Origin: Octopus vulgaris
Lineage: Eukaryota
Assembly: GCA_951406725.2 (NCBI GenBank)
Contig: OX597825.1
Location: forward strand, 7,688,001-7,752,000
Length of the DNA: 64,000 bases
Direction of reading: 5' to 3'
A program made the position numbers and the translations under genes. Below the pieces are notes generated by a model that was given only the letters and a program-made list of their open reading frames with translations, was not told where the DNA came from and ran no database searches. Below, in pieces: positions 28,293-41,976 of this stretch (position 1 is the stretch's first letter; the number at the start of each line of letters is the position of its first letter).

Positions 28293-28712
28293 GTAAAATT
28301 TTGTGGGACTTTCCAATTCAAATGGACAATAAGTTAAAAACAATAGACCAGATATTGCAATCATAGATAAGAAAAGACGAAGTTGTTTACTTATCGACCC
28401 ACCATGCCCGTCTGATACCAGGATCGTAAAGAGGAAGAAAAACAAAGAAAATACAATCCTTTAAAATTTTAAATAGGAAGAATTTGGTGCATAGGAACAG
28501 TAAAAGTCGTGCCTACAATAACTGGTATAGACAAATAGCTGAAGGAGAATTTCCTACATAAAGTTTGTTTCTTAGGGACAGTAAGAATTATTAGGAGGAT
28601 TCTAAGCACTTGAAAAACTGCCGAAAACTTATGGATACCTAACGTTACAGGGAGTAGCCCGTTTCCCACATGAATCCTACCAGGGATAACACCACACCTG
28701 AACCAATACCAA
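28292..28712 (+). mobile_element. R4/Dong-clade non-LTR retrotransposon 3' end (restriction-like endonuclease)
   Basis: ILWDFPIQMD..NRPDIAIIDKKRRSCLLIDPPCPSD..KY..IW..VKVVP..KVCFLGTVRIIRRIL*; flanked on both sides by (TAA)n. Confidence 0.85.
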
Positions 28713-28744
28713 TAATTATAATAATAATAATGATAATAATAGTA

Positions 28745-29229
28745 AATGGGCTACAAGAAATATTCTGCAATGGGCCACAGCAAATATTCTGCTCAATATC
28801 ACAAATTTGCCTGTCAGTTGTTTGACTTTGACTAGTAGAGCATGTCCCTCAGTGGCTGATGATATGTGCATCTCTGATCAAGAGCAGAAGTAGTGGGGGA
28901 GCATCGTAGCCATGTGTTGAGAGGAAACCTTTGGAGTTTGGATAATTCACTTTTGGAAATATGGGTGTTTTGTTCCACATCCTTAAACAACCCTTATTCA
29001 GGGACCTTTTGAGTGGGATGGGCTACTCAACCTAAAACAATTTCTAACTGGGTCTCACCTGCAAGGTCATGCGCTGTTAATCTTGATATGAGATCACCAT
29101 GTCGCGCACATATGCTTGTGATGCATATGCCTGGTGCACCCTTATTAGACGGGGAGTCATGATGGGTATACTGGGCTTCGTATATTTTACTCCAGTGTCA
29201 CTTTAATGGCATGCACTTCTCTCTTACTC

Positions 29230-29231
<2 letters not shown>
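28745..29231. repeat. Unclassified dispersed repeat of about 490 bp between (TAA)n tracts
   Basis: Its end (gggcttcgtatattt.a.cccagtgtcacttt.atggcatgcac) recurs at 1192-1238, also next to (TAA)n; internal hairpin 29130-29175. Confidence 0.55.
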
Positions 29232-29273
<42 letters not shown>

Positions 29274-29285
29274 TAATAATAATAA

Positions 29286-29500
29286 TGGTTTCAAATTTTA
29301 ACACAAGGCCAGCACTTTTGGGGGAAGGGAGCCAGCCGATTAAGTCGACTCCCAGTGATCAACTGGTACTTATTTTATCGATTCTGAAAGGATGAAAGAC
29401 AAAGTGTACCTCGGCGAAATTTGAACTCAGAACAGAAAGACGGACGAAATACTCCAAAGCATTTTGTCCGGCGTGCTAACAATTCCGCCAACAGCCGCCT
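29286..29500 (-). mobile_element. SINE family A (tail type 1)
   Basis: Head, core and tail match; (TAA)n at its 3' end. Confidence 0.85.
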
Positions 29501-29809
29501 TTCAAACTCGCAATCATTGAAAAACTCTCCTGACGAATATATATCGTTGACATAGCAATGTCTTCATCTGAAGGATTGCAAAATAGAATACAGCTAATGT
29601 CAACAGTTTTCGCATTGTTGTAAATACGGAGTCACGCACAACGTGAGGTCATCTGAAAGTCTTTGTGAGTTTCTAAGCCTCAGTTGCGCATTCCTGTATA
29701 GCGTAGTTATTATATCAAAACCTTTTGTTTTATGTTAAGTCATCGGTGCAAGAAACAATCTAACTGTTTAAGAACTCAAAAAAGATGTAAACTTCCCGAA
29801 ACATGCTAG

Positions 29810-30142
29810 CTTCTTCTTCTTCTTCTTCTTCTTCTTCTTCTTCTTCTTCTTCTTCTTCTGCTATTTCTTCTATTTCTTCTTCTATTTCTTCTTCTGCTAT
29901 TTCTCCTATTTCTTCTTCTTCTTCTTCTTCTTCTTCTTCTCCTATTTCTTCTTCTCCTCCTCCTCCTCCTCCTCCTCCTATTTCTTCTTCTCCTCCTCCT
30001 CCTCCTCCTCCTCCTCCTATTTCTTCTTCTTCTTCTCCTCCTCCTCCTATTTCTTCTTCTTCTTCTTCTCCTCCTCCTCCTCCTCCTCCTATTTCTTCTT
30101 CTTCTTCTCCTCCTCCTCCTCCTATTTCTTCTTCTTCTTCTG
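29810..30142 (+). repeat. (TTC)n/(TCC)n polypyrimidine tract punctuated by TAT
   Basis: Seen directly; a similar pyrimidine tract is at 32050-32470. Confidence 0.95.
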
Positions 30143-30556
30143 CTGCCGCTTCTAGGAAGCAGTGTTAATTCCTCTAATTGCAGACTGTAGTAACACCATT
30201 CCAACAACCTTCACAAATGCGCCTTACTACACATGACCATCCCACATGACCATCACAACCATTACAACCGCAGTGTTTCTAGCAGGTCCAGGGACTGGCT
30301 ACAGATTCTCTTTAGGTTTATATAAAAAAAAAGGTAACTCTATAAATTTATGGTATTTTATAGGAAAGATATTGCAAAAATTCTTCAGCGTTGCTCCTTT
30401 TCCTTCTCTCCTGATTCTTATGAAACAGAAACGTAACTAAATGGTTATTGACCATTTTCAGACAACGGCATTCAGAGAGATAAATGTCTCTATATCGAGA
30501 AATGTAGTCCCGGGTCGAACTTTAAACTACATCTGAAACTTCGAAATTACTATCAA

Positions 30557-30954
30557 TCTCTCTATATATAAACGGCAGTTTGTCTGTCTGTGTGGCTGTC
30601 AGGTTATACCCTCACCCTGACCACGGCTTTCAACCGATTCTGATGAAACTTGACACACATAGCCCAATGTCATAATTCAAAACTAACGCAGCAAAAATTT
30701 TGAAAAGTTCCCCCAGTTCTGAAAAAAATCGATAAAATCGACATGGGGTCGAGAATCTAAGCTTTTTATATGCAACGCATTTTCTGTCGGGAGACAGCTA
30801 GGAATATCGTATACATAGAAGTATTCGAGTGAAGAGAAGACATTGCAACCTACACATGCGCCTTCGTTCCCTAGAAGGAAAGAACTAGATTGGGATTAGT
30901 CGTTGCCTACTAGGGGCTCTTACATACCCGGGCAACGCCGGGCTATGCTGCTAG
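30557..30954 (+). mobile_element. Non-autonomous Helitron, about 400 bp
   Basis: 5' A|TCTCTCTATATATAAA, 3' GC-rich hairpin CCCGGGCAACGCCGGG (30927-30942) ending 8 nt before the terminal CTAG|T; inserted at AT with no TSD. Confidence 0.85.
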
Positions 30955-33397
30955 TACAATAATAAACCCCAACTATCTTGCAGGGTAATTTATTAAGTGT
31001 TTAGGAAGGAAGAACCCTAAATCATACCTGCGCGGTTATACACAGCCAATATCTAGCATCCCATGTCACTCAAGTTATGTTACGAACGTATTGACTTGTT
31101 TTATCTTCGTCGTATATCCTTCAGTATGAGGGCCCGTGGCCTAGTGGTTAGGGTGCTGTATTTGCGATTGCAGGAGTGTGGTATCCCCTGGACCGAGTGG
31201 TGCTTTATTTTCTTGAGCGATGCATTCCGTCTCACACAATCTCTCGGCCGAATGAGCGAGTCAGTTACTGCTATGCTATAGTCCAGATAATAGGCTTCCA
31301 CGCATTTTCCATGTACAGATGTTGAAGCATAAAGCCTGGGTGGTCCAGAAGTTATGAAAAGATATTTGTCTCAAGGCGTTACACCTTATGATCGAACCCA
31401 GAACCTTTTCACTGCGAAGCGAACATCTTAAAAACTCGACCACGTCTGCGTCAATAGTTATCCACATTTAGCTATAAACACACACACACACACACATATA
31501 TACGTGCAAAAGCATAGGTCAACGTAAGTACACCTGAAAAAGGATACACAGACACAACACACACTCACACACGCAAACACTCACGCACAAACACACAGAC
31601 AACACACACTCACACACGCAAACACTCACTCACACACACACCCGCACATACACTCTCAAACACTCACACACGCAAACATACACACAAATGCAATGACATA
31701 AACGTGTCTGAAGAAATTGTTTACATAAAGTACAAATCATAAAACTGTTTCTAGACAGAAAGAATTCATTCATAATTCACGGCCAATCCTGGCGAGGTGG
31801 AGTCACTTCGTCAGTCTTTGCAGAATCAATGAAGGCTTGCTGCTTAGATTAGTCATCAGGTAAACAAACAACTAACTTTTTCTAAGCTAGACACTAAAGT
31901 TACTGTTAACGTTTAATAACAGATTAAAGGTTCTTCGCAGGAAGCACGCGACGGATCGCTGTCGGGGTTATGCGTGGTCAGGCGAACTCAAAATCTTGGC
32001 TCTTTTGTTAACTCCGAGTACAAAAAGCACAACATATCTTTCATAATTTCCTCCTCTTGCCCTCCTCTTCCTGCTCTTCTTCTTCATCTTCTTCTGTTAT
32101 ATTCTTTATCTCCTGCTCCTCCCTAGTATCCCCTCCTCCTTTCATTCTCCTTCCCCCTCTCTATCTCCTTCCCTTTCTATCTCCTCCTCCCCCTCTCTAT
32201 CTCCTCCTACTTCTCTCTATTTACTCTCCCCTGCATATCTCCTCCACCTCTATCTCCTCACCCTCTCTATTTACTCCTTCTTCACCGCATCTCTTCCTCC
32301 TATCTATATTCTCCTCCTCTCTATCTCCTCTTCTTCCTCCCTCTCTCCTCCTCCAATTCTCTATCTCCTTTTCCTCTCATCTTTCTTCTCCTCCCGGCCT
32401 CCACCTTTGTTTCTCCTGCTCCTGTCCAGTGTCTCCTCCTCCTTCTCTCCGCAGCCTCTTCCACCACCTTCTTACATTCACGCCATTCATCCTGAGAATC
32501 ACTTCAACATTTACACGTTATTCAATCGCTTGCTTCATGCCGAAACGGGTAGAATTGAAGCTGGTTCTCCTTATGAAAGATACAACACTACCGAAATGGA
32601 AAATAGGCGAAATATTCGTCGATTCTGCAGGTCGAAAATTTGGCGTAGGACAAAAAGATACGACGTTTATAGCAATTTTGTGATGTCTCCAGATACGACA
32701 TTTAAATCTACAACCACGTCTCAAACGTGATTGTTGGTCAATAAGGAAAGCAGAACTTCAAATGTATACTAAAAATTGTTCCACAGACCGAGCATAGCAG
32801 TGAGTCAGAAATTTAGGGGTCTCTCTATTTGGAAGTGCTTTTCACAGAACGCCAATTAGCAAACATATTACACCAAAGGTAAATATGTTTGATACATATC
32901 GAAATTTGGTGACGTTAGTTCAATCATTTATAGTTAGTCATTTAAACTTAACTCTTAACTTCAAAATCACACTATGGCTGATTCAATCTAGTTGCGCGCC
33001 GCTCAAATGTTGATCCAAGTTTATTAACCATGGGTTGAACGGTTGATCGTGTTACTGATAATGGTTAGTAGTCGGTAATCTATATAATTAAGCAAACTTA
33101 GATAAAAGGCGTTATTATTGTGGCCATCACGCCTTTTTAAAGATGCAAATGTGCAATTGGAGGAAGAGTTGGCTACTGTGATTAAAAGTGTTCTGACCAT
33201 GACCATTCTGTCGGACTGCTTAAATTATCGAATGTATCTTCTTTTTTTTGGGGGGGGGGGGGACGGTAGAAAATAGCTGAGGCAATTTTAGTTGCTTCAT
33301 ATGTCCAACTTGTTCGAGTAATTTATTCTTGGAATTTAACGCAAATCTTCACTGATCGAGAACGAAATGAGGAAATGACGTTTCACGCATCATTAAA

Positions 33398-33521
<124 letters not shown>

Positions 33522-34579
33522 GTCCAGCTTCAATAGGTGGCACTATTAGGTTCCAGAACTCAATGGTGTTTTCAAGTAGCTAAAGTGAGTTGATGAAACG
33601 CCAGTTCTGTCAACTGGCTGCAAACCTCTAACTTAGATTGCTTGACCGTAGACTGAACGTTGGCTAAAGAGGCTCTCCCGCCCAGACTATGTCGTTTAGC
33701 CTTGCCGAATGCAGATCAATACTGCTTCCCGTGATTACGATCGTAAGCTGAATACACTAACCAATAAGCCACGTGCCTTCACTGTATACGTAGACACTTG
33801 CACGTATGTATTCATACATGTTCGTGCATGTAAAGCTGAGGACTCATTATCTTTGCTAATCAGATTCTCTCGCCTGTTTGCAATTGATCAGGTGATCTAT
33901 CAGTGAATTACACCGTAACAACGGGAAAATTCATACTCAGACATGATACTCTGAGTAGCGCGAAGAAATAGTTTTACATAAAATAATACATCCTGTTAGA
34001 AATATTGACGTTTCTTCTTGATGGCATTTTTAAACAGTCACACACCCTCGGATGTATATGAACATTCATACATGCATGCATGCGCAAATACATACCCACA
34101 TATACAGATATACTCACTCACTCACCCACCCACACACACTCTCTCTTTCTCTTACACACACACATACACACTCACAAGCGCACACACGCACAGACACATG
34201 TATGACATATTAAATTACGAAGATAAATTGCTGATGCGCTTCTGAGAATTCATGGAATTCACAAGTTGGCATTAAGATGTTGACGGAAAACAGATGAATT
34301 CGAAAACAAAGTTGTCGAAGAACTTCATTTCAGCTGTTGATTGCTTTGAAATTCTAGCGAGAAGAATTCTTATGAAGATGTTCTGACTGCGGAAGTTGCT
34401 CAAACATCCTCTCAGCCAACAAATCTCAATTCACAAAATATTTTTGTCGCAGCGGTCAGCCTCCGCCAAAACTCATTCGAAACTTATGCCTGAATATGAG
34501 TTTTAGGCTCAAAATATTATGAGAGAAAAATAATGTCATTTATTATAAAACAGTGCTTGCATTTACATGGCTTCTTTTA

Positions 34580-34883
34580 TTCTTCTCTCTGGTCGTTTTC
34601 ACCGGTTGTCCTACCTCAAAGGCTTCAAAACATCCCAAGTTAGCTATAAAATTTCATGTTGGTTCTTTGTTCCAACTTCCTGTCCATGACAAAATCGCAG
34701 ACTACAGCATACGCGTGATCACATAAGCACAAATTTCTCAACTTGCGAAGTAATCACAGCAATGTCACTCACGGCACACCGCTTCATAAAGATCACTGCT
34801 AGCCCTCGCGGCACACACAACTGTGTGCTGCCATCAGTTGACGCACTACAGAACTAGTCCGGGAAGTTTTTAATACCACCTCG
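34580..34883 (-). mobile_element. Mariner 5' fragment (TIR plus transposase start)
   Basis: TA|CGAGGTGGTATTAAAAACTTCCCGGACT TIR-like end; ATG at 34687 gives MDRKLEQRTNMKF (EQRxxIKF mariner N-terminus). Confidence 0.65.
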
Positions 34884-35689
34884 TATGTCTGTGAGTGTGT
34901 CTATGTATGCAAGTATAAATGTATGTATACATATCACGTCTGCGGACACATCGATTCACAAAAGTCTGCAGTACCAGAAATTTTATAGGAAATCGCCATG
35001 TTGGAAATAATCCCTGTAATGCCTTCAGTATCGTATTTCGATTAAATTTTACGGATTTTGAAAGACAATAATGCCGCTGCTTATGGCTGAGTTGGGTCGT
35101 ATTTTATAGATATCATCTCTCCCCTTGTTTAGTTTCGTGTTTCAATTTTTGAATTCGATGCAATAAAGCTATGAATTACTTCTGATCTACAGATCAGTTC
35201 TTTCCACAAATTATCTCTTGCTGTAGACAAGGATGCCTATATCAACAGCTGTTGGCTTTAGCTACGAAGAGATACAGTATAATGTATTATCCTTATTTAA
35301 AGTGAGTAGAAAGAGCTGATGAAGAGAACGTGTAAATAAATTGCGTCAGACTTTTAAAATTCGGATTTTACGGAAGTTCGATGTAAAAGAAATACATACG
35401 CCGAATGCAAACATTAAAATTCGCAACTTGCGGAGTGATAATATTTAAGACGATGTTTAGCATGAAATATTTTCTATATGTAGGCATTGACAGTCTGACA
35501 GGAGCGAATGGCCATCAAGTGAAAGTTAAATATGTTACGGCGATTTCTGATGCAAAAATCATTCTCGTAAATCAACGTTGTTTTGACGTGTTTCAAGTTT
35601 GTTTTATTTTGTTAAAAATTAAAATGATTGAGCAAATTAAATTAAATTAAATTAATTATGCTCATGCTAAAACTGCTATTATTCTGAAG

Positions 35690-36600
35690 AAGGTGGCTAA
35701 CACATCACCACAATAAGTACACAATATTAAAGGAAGTAGGATTTAATGAAGGCCATAGCTGTTAAGCTGTCCTTTCCATTGAAAGAAATCAGTACCAATA
35801 ATTAAACGTTAAAAAACATCTAATGTTTCTTCTGGGCGAAATATATTACTGGTGATATCAAAATTAACTTTCACTTATGTTTCATTCTGAAAATACTCTA
35901 AAAGCTACATTAAATTTAATCCACTAGATTCAAAGAAAACAGTTTGGATGTCCCATATTAGTTTCAAACTATTTTTACCCTTCCGAAGAAAGATACAGTG
36001 CCAATTGTAATATTTCCAACAAAGCATTCCTCATCTGAAATTCTAAAGCAAACAAACATCCATTGATCTAAAGTGATCTTTCTAATACTGTGGTAATACA
36101 ATATATTCCAAAGAGCACAACTTCTTTACCCTCGGCAATGGAAGAGTGTGTGATAATTATTTTCGGGGTAGAAGCTAAAGATGGCCGTTGAAACACATAA
36201 AAGCAACTGAAAGGGAGTTAAAACCCGAAGTAGAGACTTTTGGAAAACGTTCAACATTCTGGATGCTGTGAATAACATAACCGAGTTATAGCATGAAATG
36301 TAAGACTCGGTTATGAATAGCGTTCAGAAAAAACAACATATGGCTGCGTATGTCGGTGACTTTATATGTTTTCCATCATTAGAAAGTCTACATAAAAAAA
36401 TAAAAACAGGAAGATATTGTAACTCTGGCAAGCAATATAGGGCTTGAAGTAGTCGGTGTTGTTGTGCTGAGTTGCTACACACTCATAAAGAACACTTTTA
36501 TATATATATATATAAGGAATTGATTTTTGTAGAAGAAGGGGTGTTTAATATGAAGTGGGTAGTTATAGAAACTCCATAAATTCCATTTCACTTGACAGCA
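35690..36600 (+). mobile_element. Highly decayed Tigger/pogo (DDE_1) transposase remnant
   Basis: Fragments LMFLLG..GDIKI, PKSTTSLPSAMEECVI (cf. PNTTSLIQPMDQGVI) and RDFWKTFNILDAVNNI; many stops and frameshifts. Confidence 0.6.
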
Positions 36601-36729
36601 AAGAAATGGGTAAAAATTGAGCACATATAGAATAAGGCCTGGATGTTTTTACTGATAACTATCATAATCGTGAACATGACAGAAATTGCAAGATTCCGTA
36701 ATCCGCTCAGTTCCCTCACGAGTAAAAGG

Positions 36730-37057
36730 AAGAGAGCCCCTTCAGTGACGAATGACAATGGTATTGCACCTGGAAAGTTACCCACCGAGGCACATGTCCG
36801 GGAAAGGCTGTTTGTGGAACACCAACAGTCGCCCATGCATTCTAGTTTCCACTCTCCACCGATGATGTCCAAGGGAGAGATAAAGGCCGAAACAACGTGG
36901 TACCAGTGACGTTGCAACTCATATCTGCAGCTGAGTAGAACTAGAGCAACGTGAAATGTAGTGTCTTGCTCAAAAACACAACACAGCCCTGTGCAAGTAT
37001 CGAACTCTCAAACTCAAGATTGTAAGCCGTATGCCCTGACCATTGAGCCATGCACCC
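36730..37057 (-). mobile_element. SINE family B head and centre with tail Y
   Basis: Centre gtgtttttgagcaagacactacatttcacgttgctc; tail unrelated to tail X. Confidence 0.75.
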
Positions 37058-37193
37058 TCACTTACGAATGATGATTCACTGATATGTCGTAGAACATTCC
37101 TTAAGATTTTACACTCCTAAATTAGACGCTAATTAATGTTAATCTACAGAGAAGAAAACACGGCTTCTCATTGGACGGGGGGGGGGTTGCTCG

Positions 37194-37228
<35 letters not shown>

Positions 37229-37460
37229 GATATAAGTAAGATGGAAATATAACTTACCGTGAAGTAAGTTGTAAATATACATGCTGCTGCCTACAGTTAA
37301 AATGTGGAATCGCTTAGATATTGGTAAATATGATTGAAAAGATTGGTAATGCTCTTAGACATTCACAACAACTGCCTAATGAAGGAATTAGGCTAATGAA
37401 TTTCTTTCATAACACATGTGTGCGTGAGTTTGTAAATGCGCGCATACACACACACATAAA

Positions 37461-37785
<325 letters not shown>

Positions 37786-37811
37786 GTCTGGCTATAAGTT
37801 GTTAGATATGT

Positions 37812-37945
37812 TTCTTTATGAGCCACACAGGGCTGGACACAGAGGGGACAAATTACAAAGTAGAGCTTTTCTTTTTGGGGAGAAAAAAAAGTGGGGTAGG
37901 TTTTCTATCAAAAGGGATCGTTGAAAGAAAAAAAAGAACAAGAAG
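37812..37945 (-). mobile_element. Probable LINE 3' end sharing the tail of SINE family A type 3
   Basis: Minus strand ttgtcccctctgtgtccagccctgtgtggctcataaagaaa, without the SINE core upstream. Confidence 0.4.
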
Positions 37946-38163
37946 ATAAAAAAAGCTAGCTAGATAGCTAGATAGATATGGTGATGCAAAGAGGAAAAAT
38001 ACCCCCCCCCCCAAATATGAGTATGTGTATATTCCTATCAATATTCAGCGGAAGCAACAGAGTGGCTCACGGGTCGAGAATTTCGTGCGTTGACACTTAG
38101 TAAAGTTTGATAAACGCCAACGGACGGAACTCTCGGCCCTCGAATCACTCTGGAATATATATG

Positions 38164-38999
38164 CAAGGTTTGATCAATAATATCCAGACTGGTGCTTTAA
38201 AAACAAAACTACAGCACGTACCAATCCGGCATTTAATCTCCTTCAACGTAGACCCCTTCGGAAGTCACATACTTGAATCTCGCTCTGTTTCCATTGGTGG
38301 GAGCACTCCTGGAATTCGTTTTCTGGGAAAATCTGTAGCTGCCTCGTCGCATCCACTTTGATTTCCACGTCGTCCTGAAATCTTCCTTTCAAGCAGGATT
38401 CTGATTTTTGTAAAGAGGAAAAAGTCGCAAGAGGCGAAATCTGGAGAAATACGGTGGCTGTCGGACATCAGCAATGCCGTGCCAAGCCAAAAACGGTTGC
38501 GTTTTCAGCTGAAATCAGTTTTCGCACATATTTGGCAAATCACGCATATCATGCTCAAATCTTTAGTCAACTAATCTACACATCCTCTAATAACTCACGG
38601 ATGGTGATTCGATGATTTCCCCACACAGCTGCATGCACATTTGCGATGTTTTTCTCAGTTCTGCTGGTTGCGGGTCTCCCAGAACGTTCGTCACTATCAA
38701 CATTTATTCGGCACCACGCACTCCTCTCCATACACTTTCTGCAACCATGCGTAGGCCTCTGAGCAGAAATCGCCAAGCTTTTGGCAAAATTTGATGCCGA
38801 TTCATGATCAGTGCGACGACCACACGCTACACACGTTCCTTCCAAGCACTCCTATGAATAGTGTAAGTGAGCTAGAACGTTAAAACTTAGAGTACATGCA
38901 CAGCATAGTGCAAGGTCAATCTGTACCAAGTACCTTTACTCTGACTGCTTTAGATTAGTTACTATGGCAACAGTCCGTTTACTTATTGATTACACCAGG
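38164..38999 (-). mobile_element. Internally deleted mariner element
   Basis: Degenerate TIRs of about 30 bp (caaggtttgatcaataa-tatccagactg vs cctggtgtaatcaataagtaaacggactg); HTH region DERSGRPATSRTEKNI..RITIREL and catalytic end ISPDFASCDFFLF; central DDD region missing. Confidence 0.85.
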
Positions 39000-39895
39000 T
39001 ATACATACACACACACACACTTATATATATATACACACACATAAATATGGCAATGTACTCAAACTGTGAAACAGCAGCATTTTATTCACCACTAATGCAA
39101 CGTTATCATTCCTTAGATCTATAGTAAGTTAGAAACTAAATATTGCAGAGATATTTATCAAAATTTCATTGTCTCCCTAAGGAACAGATAAAAATTTAAC
39201 CACTAGTTTCCTTATGTAACGTCTTATTCCATATGCATCTTTAATCTTTAATTCTTTAATCTTTAATTCTTTAATCTTTAATTCTTTCAGAAAATGCTCC
39301 AGTCTTATTTATAATCCAACCTTATCTAATTATTAGGAAATACATTATATCTCAGACCAGGACAAGTAAAGCAATATGAAAATTAAAGTTATCAGTTTTA
39401 TTATAAATATTAATCACAACCTCTTTTATCCTTACAAATTATCTTAACATAGATTCTTCTCCCGAGTCCCCATGTCTAGTCACAACGAGATGTATTTTCC
39501 CCAAATATCTAGCTGGAAATAAAAATACCATCGATACATCTGCTGCAGCTGTCAAGTTATTTGACTAAACATGTCTAGTTCCTACGGTATAAATCATTAA
39601 GAAAGCTATATTCACATGAAGATAAACATATATCTGCTAATATAGGGCCACACTTACCGCCCATGGGAATGCCCTTATTTTGTTTAAATATCATCTCTGC
39701 TTATATAATAAATGCTCTGTGAACGATAAAACTAACCATTTCTTTTAATCTACTTTATCCAGACAAATGAAACAATTCTACTTACACCTGGATTCAGAAA
39801 ACTTCATTGTTTTTAATGAAACTATACTTACAACCTTTTCTAAAACACGGTATCAATAAATTTAAACATCCTTATTCTACCCGCTTCAGATATAT

Positions 39896-40124
39896 ATTTC
39901 TTTACTACCCACAAGGGGCTAAATATAGAGGAGACAAACAAGGACAAACAAATGGATTAAATCGATTACATCGCCCCCAGTGCGAAACTGGTACTTTATT
40001 TATCGACCCCGAAAGGATGAAAGGCAAAGTCTACCTCGGCGGAATTTGAACTCAGAACGTAACGTCAGACGAAATACCGCTAAGCATTTCGCCCGGGGCG
40101 CTAACGTTTCTGTCAGCTCGCCGC
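39896..40124 (-). mobile_element. SINE family A (tail type 3), full length
   Basis: High similarity to the 51478 and 59621 copies. Confidence 0.9.
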
Positions 40125-40807
40125 TGGCCAGTACAGTATAGGTTAGAACAGTGTGTAGGTTGTAGAGCAACACAGAAGCTTAAGATATTACAGAATTAAA
40201 CATAGGCGGTACTTGGATTATGACCTTCACCACTCCTTATTCCTACCAAAATGTGACGCTTACGTGTATATCAACAAGTTTAAATAAAATAGGAAAGACG
40301 ATATGACAGGTGCTGTGTTATATCCTCTTTAAACCGATCCGAAGCTTTTAAATATTATATATTGTATGCTTTTCCTTGGATGATAGAGAGGGAGAAAGAA
40401 AAAGGGAGAGAGAAAGGCAGACCATAAATGTACATTCCGCCCTCACAATAAAACAATTTCCGCTATAACATTGCGCACATGAACTGGCTGCTAAATCGTT
40501 TTGTTCTTAATGAGAACCGGCGTTTAAGTTTTGTGGCTGTTATTTTATCGTAAACACTTTTTGCCGTCGGAAAATTTACGAAACATATTTCTGTTGTCAA
40601 AACGTTTTGCTGTTATAAATTTTGCCGATGGTATTTTTGCCATAAACAATTTACAGTGAGAATTTTCATATCCATGGCTTTCTCATATTATTTAAAATAT
40701 GCAAAAACGAGAAAGGTATCTTGTCAGAACCTCCAGCTTCGTTTTTAACCTGTTCACTAGAAACTATTTTATTTACCAAAATTTGAAATAAACAAGAACA
40801 ATAATCG

Positions 40808-41187
40808 TGGCACTCCTTCGGTTGCGACGACGAGGGTTCTAGTTTATCCGATCAACGGAACAGTCTGCTCGTGAAATTAATGTGCCAGTAGCTGAGCACT
40901 CCACAGATGCGTATACACTTAACGTAGTTTTGGGGGAGATTCAGCGTGACATAGTGTGTGACAAGACTGGCCCTTTGAAATACAGGTACAACAGAAACAG
41001 GAAGAAAGAGTGAGAGAAAGTTGTGGTGAAAGAGTACAGCAGGGTTCGCCACCATCCCCTGCTGGTGCCACGTGGAGCTTTAGGTGTTTTCGCTCAATAA
41101 ACACTCCCAACGCCCGGTCTGGGAATTGAAACTGCGATCCTACGACTGCCAGTCCGCTGCCCTAAACACTAGGCCATTGCCCCGCCA
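40808..41187 (-). mobile_element. Chimeric SINE: different head and centre with tail X
   Basis: About 175 bp of tail matches the 13642 copy; the upstream 200 bp differs but retains A/B-box-like motifs. Confidence 0.8.
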
Positions 41188-41651
41188 CAGTAACAATATT
41201 TCACCCTCTGTGTTTACTCTTTAGTTAATTCACATCATTTTACGGTATTATGGTACAGTTTTGCACGAAAATGACAAACAAGGTACTTAGTTTGTAATAC
41301 TCAATAAAGAATAACCATTGTCCTAATAAGGTACTTTTTGTAAACATTGAATAACATTTCACCCTACCTTATGTTCTGTGTTCAAATTCCACCGTGGTCG
41401 ACTTTCTTTTCATAATTTCTGTGTCGATATAATAAGTAGCAGTTGAATACTTGGGTCGATGTGATCTAATCTCCTATCTTCTTTCCTGGAAATTTCAGGC
41501 CTTGTCCCTAGAGCAGAAAGAATTATTTAATATGGCTTCCACCAATTCTCGTTGTCAGTTCAGTTGGTTCTTCAAAGATTTGAATTGAAGGTTTTGAAAC
41601 AATATACGTGAGGGTTTATGTAACAGTGCATACATGACGTACTTATATACA

Positions 41652-41687
<36 letters not shown>

Positions 41688-41900
41688 TATATGTAAGTAT
41701 ATAAATGAGATTTTTTCTTGAGAACACATTTTTTGTGGTAATGACGATTTGACGTCTATTTTTAGAATATAGGGTGTCCACTTTCAAGGTCATTCCTCTT
41801 AATTATGTATGTAACACAATTTTTAATCTTCGATTTTTATGTATGCGAAGCCACTGGTTTTAATTGATTAATATCAATTTGTACCCTTATTATTTAAGTT

Positions 41901-41976
<76 letters not shown>

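Noticed and set aside
32538-32683. CENP-B/Tigger-like HTH start (MPKRVELKL..RKFGVGQ)
   Set aside because: Similarity is too weak and no TIR or downstream transposase was seen.
39652-39680. ATGGGCG|GTAAGT mini first exon on the minus strand
   Set aside because: Only a donor-like 6-mer with two codons; expected by chance in 64 kb.
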